DNA of 64,000 bases from Candidatus Poribacteria bacterium (GTDB lineage Bacteria > Poribacteria > WGA-4E > JAJDTR01): positions 5,024,001 to 5,088,000 of the forward strand of contig CBDCTK010000002.1 in the NCBI GenBank assembly GCA_965222225.1, given 5' to 3'. Within the stretch, counting starts at the first letter, position 1. Every line of letters begins with the position of its first letter. The notes under the pieces are model-generated. The model was not told the DNA's origin and ran no database searches. It saw only the letters and a list, made by a program, of their open reading frames with translations. Made by a program: the position numbers and the translations under genes. Shown piece after piece: positions 31,542 through 40,835 of the stretch.

Positions 31542-31997
31542 ATGGCTGACGTACTCACCCGGCTATTCCAACAGGTAGAACCGGAACACACCGAACCGAA
31601 ACAGATAGTGGAACAAATAGCACAACTCGAAACATCTGAACTCGCTGATGCCTTCCTAATCGCCCTGCAACACTGCGAGGGAATCTATCCTTCCCAGATT
31701 ATAAACGCCGAAGCCGTACTATTGGAACTCGGCTACGACTCTCGCACGTATCCCTCCTCTCCGTCTCCAATAAGCGATTCCGATGGCGACACACTTCTCA
31801 TCGCGCTAATGGCGGCGTGGCAGTGGCTCATACGCGAGATTTACCTTGTTCCACGCCCCGATCATCTTTTTAGCGGCACACTGGCGGGCCCGGGCGAAAA
31901 ACCTCACTTCATCACCCAACGCGGCCGCAACCGCATCGCCGAGCTTGTCAAGATGAGTGTATCCTCAGATTATCACAACCTGATTAAAGAGAGGTGA
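31542..31997 (+). CDS. Hypothetical protein resembling the N-terminal domain of TIGR02391-family proteins
   Basis: GGAGG RBS; ALMAAWQWL...P.P...FITQRGR pattern; family call from memory. Confidence 0.6.
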   Translation: MADVLTRLFQQVEPEHTEPKQIVEQIAQLETSELADAFLIALQHCEGIYPSQIINAEAVLLELGYDSRTYPSSPSPISDSDGDTLLIALMAAWQWLIREIYLVPRPDHLFSGTLAGPGEKPHFITQRGRNRIAELVKMSVSSDYHNLIKER

Positions 31998-32006
31998 GAT
32001 TTACTC

Positions 32007-32396
32007 ATGGAAGAATGGATTAAGGTTATCGCTCCGCTGATTGGTATTGCCGGTCTGTGGTGGAAACTTACTACTTCAATGGCGACGAAAGCTGAATTGA
32101 ATGCTATGAGGTCGGACATGTCGGACATGAAAAGCGAACTCCGGGCTGAAATAGCTGAGGTTAAGGCAGACCTCAAACAAGATATAGCCGAGGTGAAATC
32201 GGACATGGCAGCCCTGAAAACGGAGTTGAAATCTGAAATAGCCGAGGTAAAATCAGACATAACGGACCTGAAAGCAGACCTCAAAGTGGAAAACACTGAG
32301 CTCCGAGCGGACATCAGGGAGATTCGGCAACTGCTCTACAAGAATGTTGTCGATACGGGAAGCAAGGGTGATAACAAAGACGTGGACAGGAATTGA
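32007..32396 (+). CDS. Membrane-anchored coiled-coil repeat protein
   Basis: GAGGTG RBS; N-terminal TM; ATKAEL followed by repeats of E/DIAEVKS/AD; ends IRQLLYKNV. Confidence 0.75.
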   Translation: MEEWIKVIAPLIGIAGLWWKLTTSMATKAELNAMRSDMSDMKSELRAEIAEVKADLKQDIAEVKSDMAALKTELKSEIAEVKSDITDLKADLKVENTELRADIREIRQLLYKNVVDTGSKGDNKDVDRN

Positions 32397-32574
32397 AGTC
32401 CAGCCGATTAAACATCATATAGCCACACGGGATGTTGCGGTCAAGTTTTACTCGATGGAGGATAGTGGCGAGGTGGGTTGTGACACTGAGACCCTGGAGT
32501 ACCACAACTGGTTGGAATCAGAATGTGTGCGTTTGGCGCAGAGGTACATAGACTCGATGAAAAGCGGGCCGTAA
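32368..32574 (+). CDS. Small hypothetical protein (68 aa), paralog of 34489-34699
   Basis: WTGIEVQPIKHHIATRDV...NWLESECVRLAQRY is conserved at protein level with the second copy; the stop lies inside a half repeat. Confidence 0.6.
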   Translation: MITKTWTGIEVQPIKHHIATRDVAVKFYSMEDSGEVGCDTETLEYHNWLESECVRLAQRYIDSMKSGP

Positions 32575-32575
32575 G
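32551..32575 (+). CRISPR. Degenerate 3' part of the repeat, variant B
   Basis: GACTCGATGAAAAGCGGGCCGTAAG matches 21/25 of the 3' end of the variant B consensus (GACGCGATGAAAAGCGGACTGAAAG). Confidence 0.55.
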
Positions 32576-32891
32576 AGAAAGGCCTTCGCAGTGTGGAAAA
32601 GGATCGTGGCAAGGCATAACACATGGCGTCTACAATTCCTGCGCCGATATGCCCAGTCGGATACCGTCTTTACGGTTTGTAGCCATAGCCTTAATGGGCG
32701 GCTTCCTGTGGTGGATAAGCTACGACCTTGAGGATTGATACTAGGAAGGTACGGTTAGCGAACAATCAGGTAGTTAGTCCGACACGATTTTGAAAGAGGC
32801 GATTAGAGAGCTGCTAGGTCGCCAAAATGAATACAAGTTGCGAGTTGGTGAATAACAAAAAAAGATGAGATGAAGGGAAAGGGCAAGAGAA

Positions 32892-33677
32892 ATGCGTAAC
32901 CGATACGGATACGGTGCATTTTGTACGTGGGAAAGGAATCACATCGGGGCAGTTAGAGAAGCTTTGTATAGCATAGCAGATGCTATAGAACAACATCATA
33001 GGAAGCAGCATGGTGAAGTATGTATTCCTATAATCATGTTCAAAGATGAACTAATAAGACGGGCAATAATTCACGATGCTGACAAATTCGCCAACTTAGA
33101 TATGTTTTCCGGATATGTAAATAGTTCGAAAAGATGGGAGGAATTAGGAGGCCCCGATCTTAAATACGGTGCGAAGGAGTGGAAGCCCCGTAATGAAAGA
33201 GCAAACAGAGGTTTGAATACATCAAGAAGGCATTTGCATTCAAACGACCATCACCGCGAATACTTCAATGAAGAAACTGAAATGACAATTCTTCCATTGA
33301 TAGAAATGGTATGTGATTGGTATGGTGTTTCGGCGCGTTATAACGATGGAATCCCCGATATGGCGAAGTTTGAGGAAAGTTATGAAACGAATAAGTGCAA
33401 CTTTCCTAATTGCTATCAAAGATTCGTAATTGACAAGGTTTATAGGTTTTTGGCTAAGCGGGAATATGAAATTATAAATCGGATTAGCGAAGTCTGTAAA
33501 TGCTATGACAAAGATGAATCTGATTTGCCAGCATCTTCCCCTGAATTAAGTCATCTTGATTGCGACATTAAACAATTCCTAACTGCTAGAAAACAACTGT
33601 ATGATAGCACGTTGGAAGCCTCGACTATGTTAGCAGCTAGAGTTCCAAAGCAAATGGATTTCTCAAAGAGCGAATAG
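32892..33677 (+). CDS. HD-like (DUF5662-like) protein
   Basis: RAIIHDADKF, HLHSNDHHREYF, LIEMVCDW motifs; AT-richer than its surroundings. Confidence 0.7.
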   Translation: MRNRYGYGAFCTWERNHIGAVREALYSIADAIEQHHRKQHGEVCIPIIMFKDELIRRAIIHDADKFANLDMFSGYVNSSKRWEELGGPDLKYGAKEWKPRNERANRGLNTSRRHLHSNDHHREYFNEETEMTILPLIEMVCDWYGVSARYNDGIPDMAKFEESYETNKCNFPNCYQRFVIDKVYRFLAKREYEIINRISEVCKCYDKDESDLPASSPELSHLDCDIKQFLTARKQLYDSTLEASTMLAARVPKQMDFSKSE

Positions 33678-33726
33678 ATTCACTAGTGCAAGCTAAAGCT
33701 AATCAATCTAAGGCGTGGAGAACACT

Positions 33727-34229
33727 ATGACTGAGAATGAGAGACGACACCTAATTGAGGGATACAAATCACTAACTCAGTACGGGTGTCAGATGTCTCA
33801 AGATCATATAAGTACCGATCGAGTAATGATCCCTCTATCACTTGCTCCGGCTTTGTGGGTATTAGCCCCACCGAACGGACCAATTGACGGCAAGTTAGCC
33901 GAAACATTGATATTGTTGGGGGCACCGTTTTTATAGTGTTTTGGATGTTGCGTAATTGGCGAAGTGGAAAACGATTACATGCAATATGGGACATATTACG
34001 TTTAATCGAGGTAAAACTTGGGTTCGAAACCTACCTCATATTAGACCGATTTGTGGACGACTCGCTATTCATCAAGGGACGACCGAAGGGACAATCCAAG
34101 ATAACGCCGCCGCGAGACTTTACATTGAAGAAATGGTTCGGATGGTCCGCATTAGCATTCTATGGCCTAGTGTTTGTATTTGACGTCATGGTTGACTTCT
34201 GGCGAGCATGGTTGTGTGTCAACTGCTGA
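33727..34229 (+). pseudogene. Membrane protein apparently split by a frameshift near 33930
   Basis: Two abutting hydrophobic ORFs (33715-33936 and 33936-34229) break within a TM segment at a T-run. Confidence 0.5.
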
Positions 34230-34488
34230 AAACGTCCGATAATTGCAGATTATCGGACAAAAAGAAGGCTCATCGGAGTCCATCTCCCCGATGAGCCTAA
34301 ATTGAAATGCCAAATCCTTATGCCGAGCATGGCGTAAAAAGCCGATGAGGGCTTTTGGTCTGATTGTCTTCCATCGCGCCTTAGTCCGGTGAATAAGCGA
34401 TAAAGCGAGATCCACGTTTACAACCGAATACTTTATTCATTTGAATCGGCGGTGCGCTCATGCCGAGTAGCTGGACGTGCATAGCCCC

Positions 34489-34699
34489 ATGACCAACCGC
34501 GTGGACAGAAATTGAAGTCCAGCCGATTGACCACCATATAGCGACGCGGGATGTTGTGGTTAGGCTTTACTCGATGGACGATAGCGGGGAAGTGTGTTGC
34601 GACGTTAAGACCTTGGAATGCCGGAACTGGTTGGAATCGGAATGCGTTCGTTTGGCACAAAGGTACGTAAACGAGGAATTGAAAGGTTTCGCAAATTGA
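34489..34699 (+). pseudogene. Second copy of the small 32368-32574 gene; start codon out of frame by 1 nt
   Basis: WTEIEVQPIDHHIATRDVVVRLYSMDDSGEV...NWLESECVRLAQRYVNEELKGFAN*; ends inside leader copy 2. Confidence 0.55.
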
Positions 34700-34826
34700 T
34701 GTTTTGCGGAAAACCCCCCTCTATTTGCGAAAGAATTGCCTGAAATGGGAGTTGAAACGAGACAAATGAAGGTATTCTGTTTCAGAGTCAAATCACGGAA
34801 TGTAGATGCCAGGCGATCTTAGGTCG
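34685..34826 (+). promoter_or_regulatory. CRISPR leader-like sequence, copy 2 (142 bp)
   Basis: Direct repeat of 30862-31003 with few differences. Confidence 0.7.
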
Positions 34827-34863
34827 GTTGCAGTCTATGCCCCGATGAAAAGGGGACTGAAAG
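34827..34863 (+). CRISPR. 37-bp CRISPR-type repeat, variant A
   Basis: GTTGCAGTCTATGCCCCGATGAAAAGGGGACTGAAAG. Confidence 0.78.
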
Positions 34864-34968
34864 TCGAGGCAGGAATGTCGATAAAGCCACCGAATCCACA
34901 ATATTCGGCTGGTACGTGCGCGATATTACTAAGTTAGTATCTAAACCACAGAAAAGGAAGGAGTTACC

Positions 34969-35511
34969 ATGAATAAAGGAATCAGACTCCAGAACGTGCT
35001 TCGACGCCTGCTCGTGGTAATACTCGGATTGCTCGTATGGGTTCTCGGAGTGGTTGTGGCGATCTGTGTTTTGATGCTCATTGGAAAGTATGCCTTCATG
35101 CCGATCTATACCGCAGTGAGCCAGCGCGTCACCCCACCGAATTATCAAGAAGAATGGTCTGGTCGGTGGACGGTAGGCATCAACAAACTCACAACATGGC
35201 ACTTCCGCCGTGATGGGACATGGACAGTCTCACCTACGAACCCCTTCATCATATCTGAAGAAGGCACGTATTCAGTCACCGACACCTCCTTCGTGCTTAC
35301 CGCTGGCGTCGGCAGTTCGAATGTTGTTAGAGGAACTTGGAACACAATTGCGGACAAACTTGTCCTGTACATAGAGTCTACCTCGTCTTTCCCTTTTAAT
35401 CGAGAAGCTCTTGTGTTCGACAAATATATTGAATCAATCGAAGAAAGAAAACAGCGGATAGGGCAGGAAGGCGGGGTAATGTCGCCGCCGCCGAAGCTAG
35501 GTTCTCAATGA
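34969..35511 (+). CDS. Membrane-anchored hypothetical protein (beta-barrel/lipocalin-like) between repeats
   Basis: AAGGAG RBS; N-terminal TM; WSGRW, GTYSV and GTW motifs; TGA stop lies within a half repeat. Confidence 0.7.
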   Translation: MNKGIRLQNVLRRLLVVILGLLVWVLGVVVAICVLMLIGKYAFMPIYTAVSQRVTPPNYQEEWSGRWTVGINKLTTWHFRRDGTWTVSPTNPFIISEEGTYSVTDTSFVLTAGVGSSNVVRGTWNTIADKLVLYIESTSSFPFNREALVFDKYIESIEERKQRIGQEGGVMSPPPKLGSQ

Positions 35512-35565
35512 AAAGCGGACTGAAATGCGTTGCAGTCTATGCCCCGATGAAAAGGGGACTAAAAG
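35508..35565 (+). CRISPR. Half repeat (variant B, 35508-35525) followed after 3 nt by a full repeat (variant A, 35529-35565)
   Basis: ATGAAAAGCGGACTGAAA-TGC-GTTGCAGTCTATGCCCCGATGAAAAGGGGACTAAAAG. Confidence 0.75.
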
Positions 35566-35566
35566 A

Positions 35567-35797
35567 ATGAAAGCCCCCACCCGCGAACGCATCAAAACCG
35601 GATTCAAGGTACTGGCAGTAGCCGTCGCCGTCTATGTCGTCATGGTCTGCGCCGGATACATCGCGCTGCTCAGAGCACCCATGCTCGCCGTCGCCAGCGT
35701 GTGGATTATATCCTTCATCACCGGATACATCGTTGAACATCAGAGTTGCATTCACTGGCGCGATGAAAAGGGGACTGATCGGACGGTTGGTATATGA
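35567..35797 (+). CDS. Small two-TM membrane protein between repeats
   Basis: ATG 1 nt after the repeat; two hydrophobic helices; the 3' end reads through the next repeat. Confidence 0.55.
   Translation: MKAPTRERIKTGFKVLAVAVAVYVVMVCAGYIALLRAPMLAVASVWIISFITGYIVEHQSCIHWRDEKGTDRTVGI
35745..35781 (+). CRISPR. Degenerate terminal repeat
   Basis: GTTGCATTCACTGGCGCGATGAAAAGGGGACTGATCG. Confidence 0.65.
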
Positions 35798-35862
35798 CGG
35801 TGCTTTAGCCCTAAAGTGTGTTTCGGCAAGAGGCAGTTTTCAAATCGAAAGGAGAAGTTTTT

Positions 35863-38800
35863 TTGAATGGGAAGATTTTTTCGACACCTATTGCGCTAGC
35901 ACTCTGTACAGCCCTAATATGTGTTCCTATGGCATATGCCGAAGAGAAGGAAAAACAACGGGTTCAACTGAGAGCAGGAGCGGCCTTGCACCGAATCAAA
36001 TCCTATTCAGAAACCCCTGTCCGTGCACGATGGCATCGGCACCGGGGGACAGTCCGCAGTCTTTACAATTTGGCCCTGCCTGTCCCGATAGGAACACTAG
36101 AAACATCAATGCGTCAATGCCTTGACGACTACCGTGACCTTTTTGCGATGACCGATCCGAGCATTGAACTGCGTGTCACGGATATCCAAAGCAGCTTAAC
36201 GGGCAGACATGTTCGATTCCATCAATACTACAACGGTATCGAAGTTTATGGTGCGACAATCTCCCTCCATACCAACCGTTCTGGGCAGATACGGGTCATC
36301 CACAGCAACTACTTCCCACAAATCAATATCAGTACAGTGGCATCGCTCACCCCGGAACAGGCGATCGGCATTGCTATTGCCGATGCCCGTGCATTTGATT
36401 TGCGCAAGCCGTCGCTTGCCAGCTTGGTAATTTTCCCGAATCGTGATGTGGGACAGATAGGTGACTATGCCGATGTGTATCGCCTCGCTTACCGCGTAAA
36501 TTTACATTCCCGTCAACCTCTGGCAAGTTGGGAGTATATCATTGATGCCAACGCGGGTGAACCGTTGCACCGACGGAACCTACTTAGGTCTGCTGACGGA
36601 CGGGGGCGTGTTTTTAACCCGAATCCCGTGGTAGCCCTTAAAGATTTTATGCTCGTGGATCAGGACGATTCTGCCGACGCAATACCAGAAGCAGCGTACA
36701 CGGATGTGATTCTGTCTGAGTTGGACGGGAGTGGTTTTCTTGATGGACCTTACGTGAGTACAAAATTGACCGAAAATCGTGCCAACGAGCCGACGCTGGT
36801 GTTCAACTACTTCCGAGATGACCCCCGATTTGAGGAGGTGATGGTTTATTATCACGTAGATACAGTCGGGCGTTATGTGAAAGGGCTCGGTTTCGATTTC
36901 GTGGACAATTGGCAGATTCCTGCGAATGTACATTTTGGTATGACAAGGGCTGGTTTCTACGACGATAGCGACGGCTCGATTAATTTCGGAGATGCCGGTG
37001 TCGATGTTGCCGAAGATGCCGAAGTGATTGTCCACGAATATGGCCACGCGATCCTTGATCGACAAGTTCCTGACATTAACAAAGGAGAAGGTGGTGCGAT
37101 ACATGAAGGGTTTAGTGATTTTCTCGCAGCCAGTTTTTTCAGCGCCGTAAGCGATGGTTTTAGTGACACGCTCGTTTTTGAATGGACTGGTTCAGAAGAC
37201 CCTGAGGTTGCCACTCGTCCCGTAAATGGTAACAAACGCTATCCCGAAGACATTGTAGGTGACCCACACGCCGATGGGGAGATTTGGTCGGCAGCACTAT
37301 GGGAGATTTTTGAGGCGATTGGACGCGATGCGTCGGTCCGTTTGGTTGTCGAGAGCCATTTCTTCCTCTCGCCCGACGCGGAATTCGTCGATGGGGCATC
37401 GGCAATTCTTATGGCGGACCAAGAACTGAATGGCGGCGTAAATTTGGACCTCATCTTGGGGATTATGGAGAACCGGGGATTCTTTACACGCCCCAAATTG
37501 GCACTTGATGCCTTTGAGGAGAACGATACAGCGGAGACCGCAGCCATGGTCAAACTCCCGTATGTCAACGAAGAACTGTCGGTCCATACAGCGGACAATG
37601 ATGATTACTATAAATTCCGTTTAGATGAGACAATGCAGGTCGGGTTTGGACTTGATTTTCAACCCATCTACGGGGAGTTGATGCTAACATTGACGGGCCC
37701 CAATAGTATCAAGCTTGTTACCTTTGAAACGAAGGATGTCACATCGCTTGAATTAGTGCCGGGCGATTATCTCGTTACGGTTTCTGGCATTAATGGTGCA
37801 ACCAACGATTATAAACTAGCACTCATCATGGACAATCACGGCGATACGCCTGACACAGCGACACCTGTGTCGATCGGCGACACGATAGAGAGTTTCATTG
37901 ACTTCAACGGAGATACGGATTTCTTCGTATTTGAAGGAGAGAATGGGCAGCGCATCGACATCACTGTTACGACTAAGAACTCCGACCTTGACTCTCTGCT
38001 CGTTATCTATGGCCCAGATGGCGATCTCTTTGCTAAAAGTGACGATGTCTTGCCGACCACCGGTCCGGAGCCTGAACTTAATCCGCGTGGTATTGATTCC
38101 CGTGTGAATGAAGAGTTACCAGCCGATGGAACGTACCTGCTCGCTGTCAGCAACATTGCACTTCCCAATCTTAATGTTCCCTTCGGCGGTCTGAACTACT
38201 CTTACACGCTGACAATCGGTGGGAAAACCGATGACCATGCAGCCTGCGGTAGTGGTGAGGAAACGCCGTTGACTTTCGATGAACCTGTAACAGGTGCCAT
38301 TACTCTTACCGGCGATCCTGCATCTCGTGATCCTCATGACTCGGACGGTTTCCGCTTTGAAGCGTCAGAGGGCACTGTCATTGCCCTGCGCGTTGAGGTA
38401 GAAATGCCTAAACGAGAGGTAATATTCATGGTGACCCAACTTAGTCTTTTGGATGCGTCTGGGGAAACGTTGGTATCTATTCAGGGCACTCCCAATGGCT
38501 TAGAGGTGCGGATTGATGGATTTCTCATCCCTGCCGATGGTGTGTATTGTGTTGATGTTGCCGGTTTCATAGGAGGCGCGGTCGGTTCCACTTATACCTA
38601 TGCGCTGACGTTATCCGAGGGCGAACTTCCCGAAGATGACCACGAGGGCTTAAGAGGGAATCCGACTCCGTTAACGGTGGGGGAACCTGTCGAGGGAGCC
38701 ATCAGTTTTGCCGGAGATGCCGATGCGTTCCAGTTTACTGCTACAGCAGGACAGATCATTACGTTAAAGGTGGGCGGGCAACCCGCCAATCCGTTCTTCA

Positions 38801-39864
38801 ATTTAATTTTGAGTCTGTATAATAGCGATTTGCAGCTTGTAGCAGAGACTCCGCTCTTTGTACCAGGTTTTGATTCAATGCTAGAAGGGATTGAAATTCC
38901 TGTGGACGGACCTTACTATGCCGAAATTAGAGATACTGCCGGGGGACGTGGGGTGGATTTTATCTACACACTGACCCTAACAATCGAAGCAGGAGACGGT
39001 ACGGGTAAATTTCCCCCTTATGATGTCAACCAAGATGGCAAGGTGGACATATTTGATCTCGTGCTTGTCGGTCAACATTTCGGCGAAGAATTTATAAACG
39101 CCGCGCCAACCGCGGATTTTGGGCGATACCGCTCGGCATCGCCCGAAGCGGAGCTGAGTCTCCTCATGACCCCAAGTGTGACGGATACACGCCAATTGAC
39201 CGTCTCAATCCACACCACAGCGGTTGACGACCTTTACGGTTACCATTTCTCGATCCAGTACGATCCGGCGTTATTAGAACTCCTTACTGCCTTTCCAAGC
39301 CCCGTTTTAGATGCTGCACTACACCAAAGTTACTGGCATGTCTCCCAGCAAGGGACACAACTGGAACTCACACAGACGCGCCAGGGAACGCTGGGAGGTG
39401 TGGCGATAGAGGGGGCACTAGCTACACTCGTTTTTCATGTTAAAAAGACGGGCCCCCCAGCATCACAACTTCCTATCCAACTCGTTGACCTCCAACTGGC
39501 GGATTCGCTGACTAGAGCTATTCCGGTGAAAATGGTTGATGAGCAAGTTTCAATGACAGAGCTATTCCCTGAACAACCGATGCTGTTGCAAAATTATCCG
39601 AACCCGTTTAACCCAGAAACATGGATTCCGTATCAACTCTCTACTGATTCAGAGGTGATGATCTCAATTTACGATACAAACGGTGCGCGTGTCCGTCGGT
39701 TCAACCTCGGTTATCAGCACGTTGGGACATACACTACTCGCGGTAGGGCGGTCTACTGGGATGGGGAAGACATGTATGGTGAGCCGATTGCAAGCGGCTT
39801 ATATTTCTATCAGATTCGGGCGGGGGATTATGCTCAAGTGCGACGGATGGTAATCCTTAAATAG
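35863..39864 (+). CDS. Secreted M36/M4-type metallopeptidase with FTP propeptide, PPC domains, dockerin/cohesin-like and FlgD/T9SS-like C-terminus
   Basis: HVRFHQYYNGIEVYG, VIVHEYGH, AIHEGFSD, PHADGEIW; repeated PPC domains; DVNQDGKVDIFD; NYPNPFNPETWIPYQL. Start placed at the TTG after a GGAG RBS. Confidence 0.88.
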   Translation: MNGKIFSTPIALALCTALICVPMAYAEEKEKQRVQLRAGAALHRIKSYSETPVRARWHRHRGTVRSLYNLALPVPIGTLETSMRQCLDDYRDLFAMTDPSIELRVTDIQSSLTGRHVRFHQYYNGIEVYGATISLHTNRSGQIRVIHSNYFPQINISTVASLTPEQAIGIAIADARAFDLRKPSLASLVIFPNRDVGQIGDYADVYRLAYRVNLHSRQPLASWEYIIDANAGEPLHRRNLLRSADGRGRVFNPNPVVALKDFMLVDQDDSADAIPEAAYTDVILSELDGSGFLDGPYVSTKLTENRANEPTLVFNYFRDDPRFEEVMVYYHVDTVGRYVKGLGFDFVDNWQIPANVHFGMTRAGFYDDSDGSINFGDAGVDVAEDAEVIVHEYGHAILDRQVPDINKGEGGAIHEGFSDFLAASFFSAVSDGFSDTLVFEWTGSEDPEVATRPVNGNKRYPEDIVGDPHADGEIWSAALWEIFEAIGRDASVRLVVESHFFLSPDAEFVDGASAILMADQELNGGVNLDLILGIMENRGFFTRPKLALDAFEENDTAETAAMVKLPYVNEELSVHTADNDDYYKFRLDETMQVGFGLDFQPIYGELMLTLTGPNSIKLVTFETKDVTSLELVPGDYLVTVSGINGATNDYKLALIMDNHGDTPDTATPVSIGDTIESFIDFNGDTDFFVFEGENGQRIDITVTTKNSDLDSLLVIYGPDGDLFAKSDDVLPTTGPEPELNPRGIDSRVNEELPADGTYLLAVSNIALPNLNVPFGGLNYSYTLTIGGKTDDHAACGSGEETPLTFDEPVTGAITLTGDPASRDPHDSDGFRFEASEGTVIALRVEVEMPKREVIFMVTQLSLLDASGETLVSIQGTPNGLEVRIDGFLIPADGVYCVDVAGFIGGAVGSTYTYALTLSEGELPEDDHEGLRGNPTPLTVGEPVEGAISFAGDADAFQFTATAGQIITLKVGGQPANPFFNLILSLYNSDLQLVAETPLFVPGFDSMLEGIEIPVDGPYYAEIRDTAGGRGVDFIYTLTLTIEAGDGTGKFPPYDVNQDGKVDIFDLVLVGQHFGEEFINAAPTADFGRYRSASPEAELSLLMTPSVTDTRQLTVSIHTTAVDDLYGYHFSIQYDPALLELLTAFPSPVLDAALHQSYWHVSQQGTQLELTQTRQGTLGGVAIEGALATLVFHVKKTGPPASQLPIQLVDLQLADSLTRAIPVKMVDEQVSMTELFPEQPMLLQNYPNPFNPETWIPYQLSTDSEVMISIYDTNGARVRRFNLGYQHVGTYTTRGRAVYWDGEDMYGEPIASGLYFYQIRAGDYAQVRRMVILK

Positions 39865-39873
39865 TATCAAATA

Positions 39874-40835
39874 CAGAACTTACGCAGAGCAAATAGACAT
39901 GGGCAGTAAAAAGCAGTAAAATACCGAACAAAGAGGCAAGTATGGCGAAACCAACCCGACCTGTTTACTGTCGGTATCTGCTGAGCAACCCTATAAATTA
40001 TACCATAACACATTCAGGTTCAAACTGAACGAGGATATGTTATCTTTGATGATACGGTTTTGGACAACGCCACGCGCGGAACGTAGTTACCTGTGTTTAT
40101 GTTAATCCAATCTTAGACCGGTTTTGGATAATAGACCATCGGATTTTCGACTCCAGTGGGAGATGGGAAGACCAAGTTGAATCACGTCAAAGAGATGTTA
40201 GCTCTACTAGCGCACGAAAAACACCTCCTCTTTCAAGCGGTGTTGATGGACAGTTGGTATGCTTCCAAGTCGGTGATGCTGCACATTGAGAAACTGCGAA
40301 AAGACTACTACTGTCCCCTGTAAACCAATCGTTTGGTTGATGATTAAAACGGCACCAAACACTACTTACGGATTAGCGACTTAGCTTAGATCCTCACTGA
40401 ACTTAATGAATGCAAAAGCATCAAAATCAAAGGGTTTCCTAGAGACCACAAAGTGAAATTATTTCGGGTTGTGTCTTCTACCAGACGTACGGATTATGTC
40501 GTTACTAACAATCTTGATCATCAAATCAAGATGGAATCCCCTTGTCTCAAAACAACACTTCAGTTGCACAACAAGTGTGTAACTGGTGCTGGAGGATTGA
40601 GCAATTTCACCGGAAAGCCAAGCAACTAACAGGACTTCAGCCGTGTCAATGCCGAAAGCGAAAACGAACTGTTCGCAACCATATCAGATGCGTATTGTTA
40701 ACTTGGGTTCGACTCAAGGTTGTCGCTGACCAAACAGGGCAACCCATTTATCAGGTTAAACGCGGGATGTTAAGGGAGTTTTTACGGCTACAGCTAAATC
40801 TCCTGCTACCAGAATGGAGTTTGCGTAAGCCCTAT
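39874..40835 (+). mobile_element. Decayed IS701-like insertion sequence
   Basis: Ends CAGAACTTACGCA / TGCGTAAGCCCTAT; transposase fragments MAKPTRPVYCRYLLSNPINYT, VIFDDTVLD, VLMDSWYAS, WRIEQFHRKAKQLTG with stops and deletions. Confidence 0.78.

Noticed and set aside
32750-32785. Integron attC site (GTTAG motifs)
   Set aside because: No proper GTTRRRY/RYYYAAC pair and no IntI in the window.
34276-34308. Possible degenerate repeat (GTCCATCTCCCCGATGAG...TTGAAA)
   Set aside because: The 3' stem is absent; the match is too weak.
30862-35797. Canonical CRISPR array or cas operon
   Set aside because: No regular 30-45-nt spacers and no Cas motifs in the window; reported as dispersed repeats instead.
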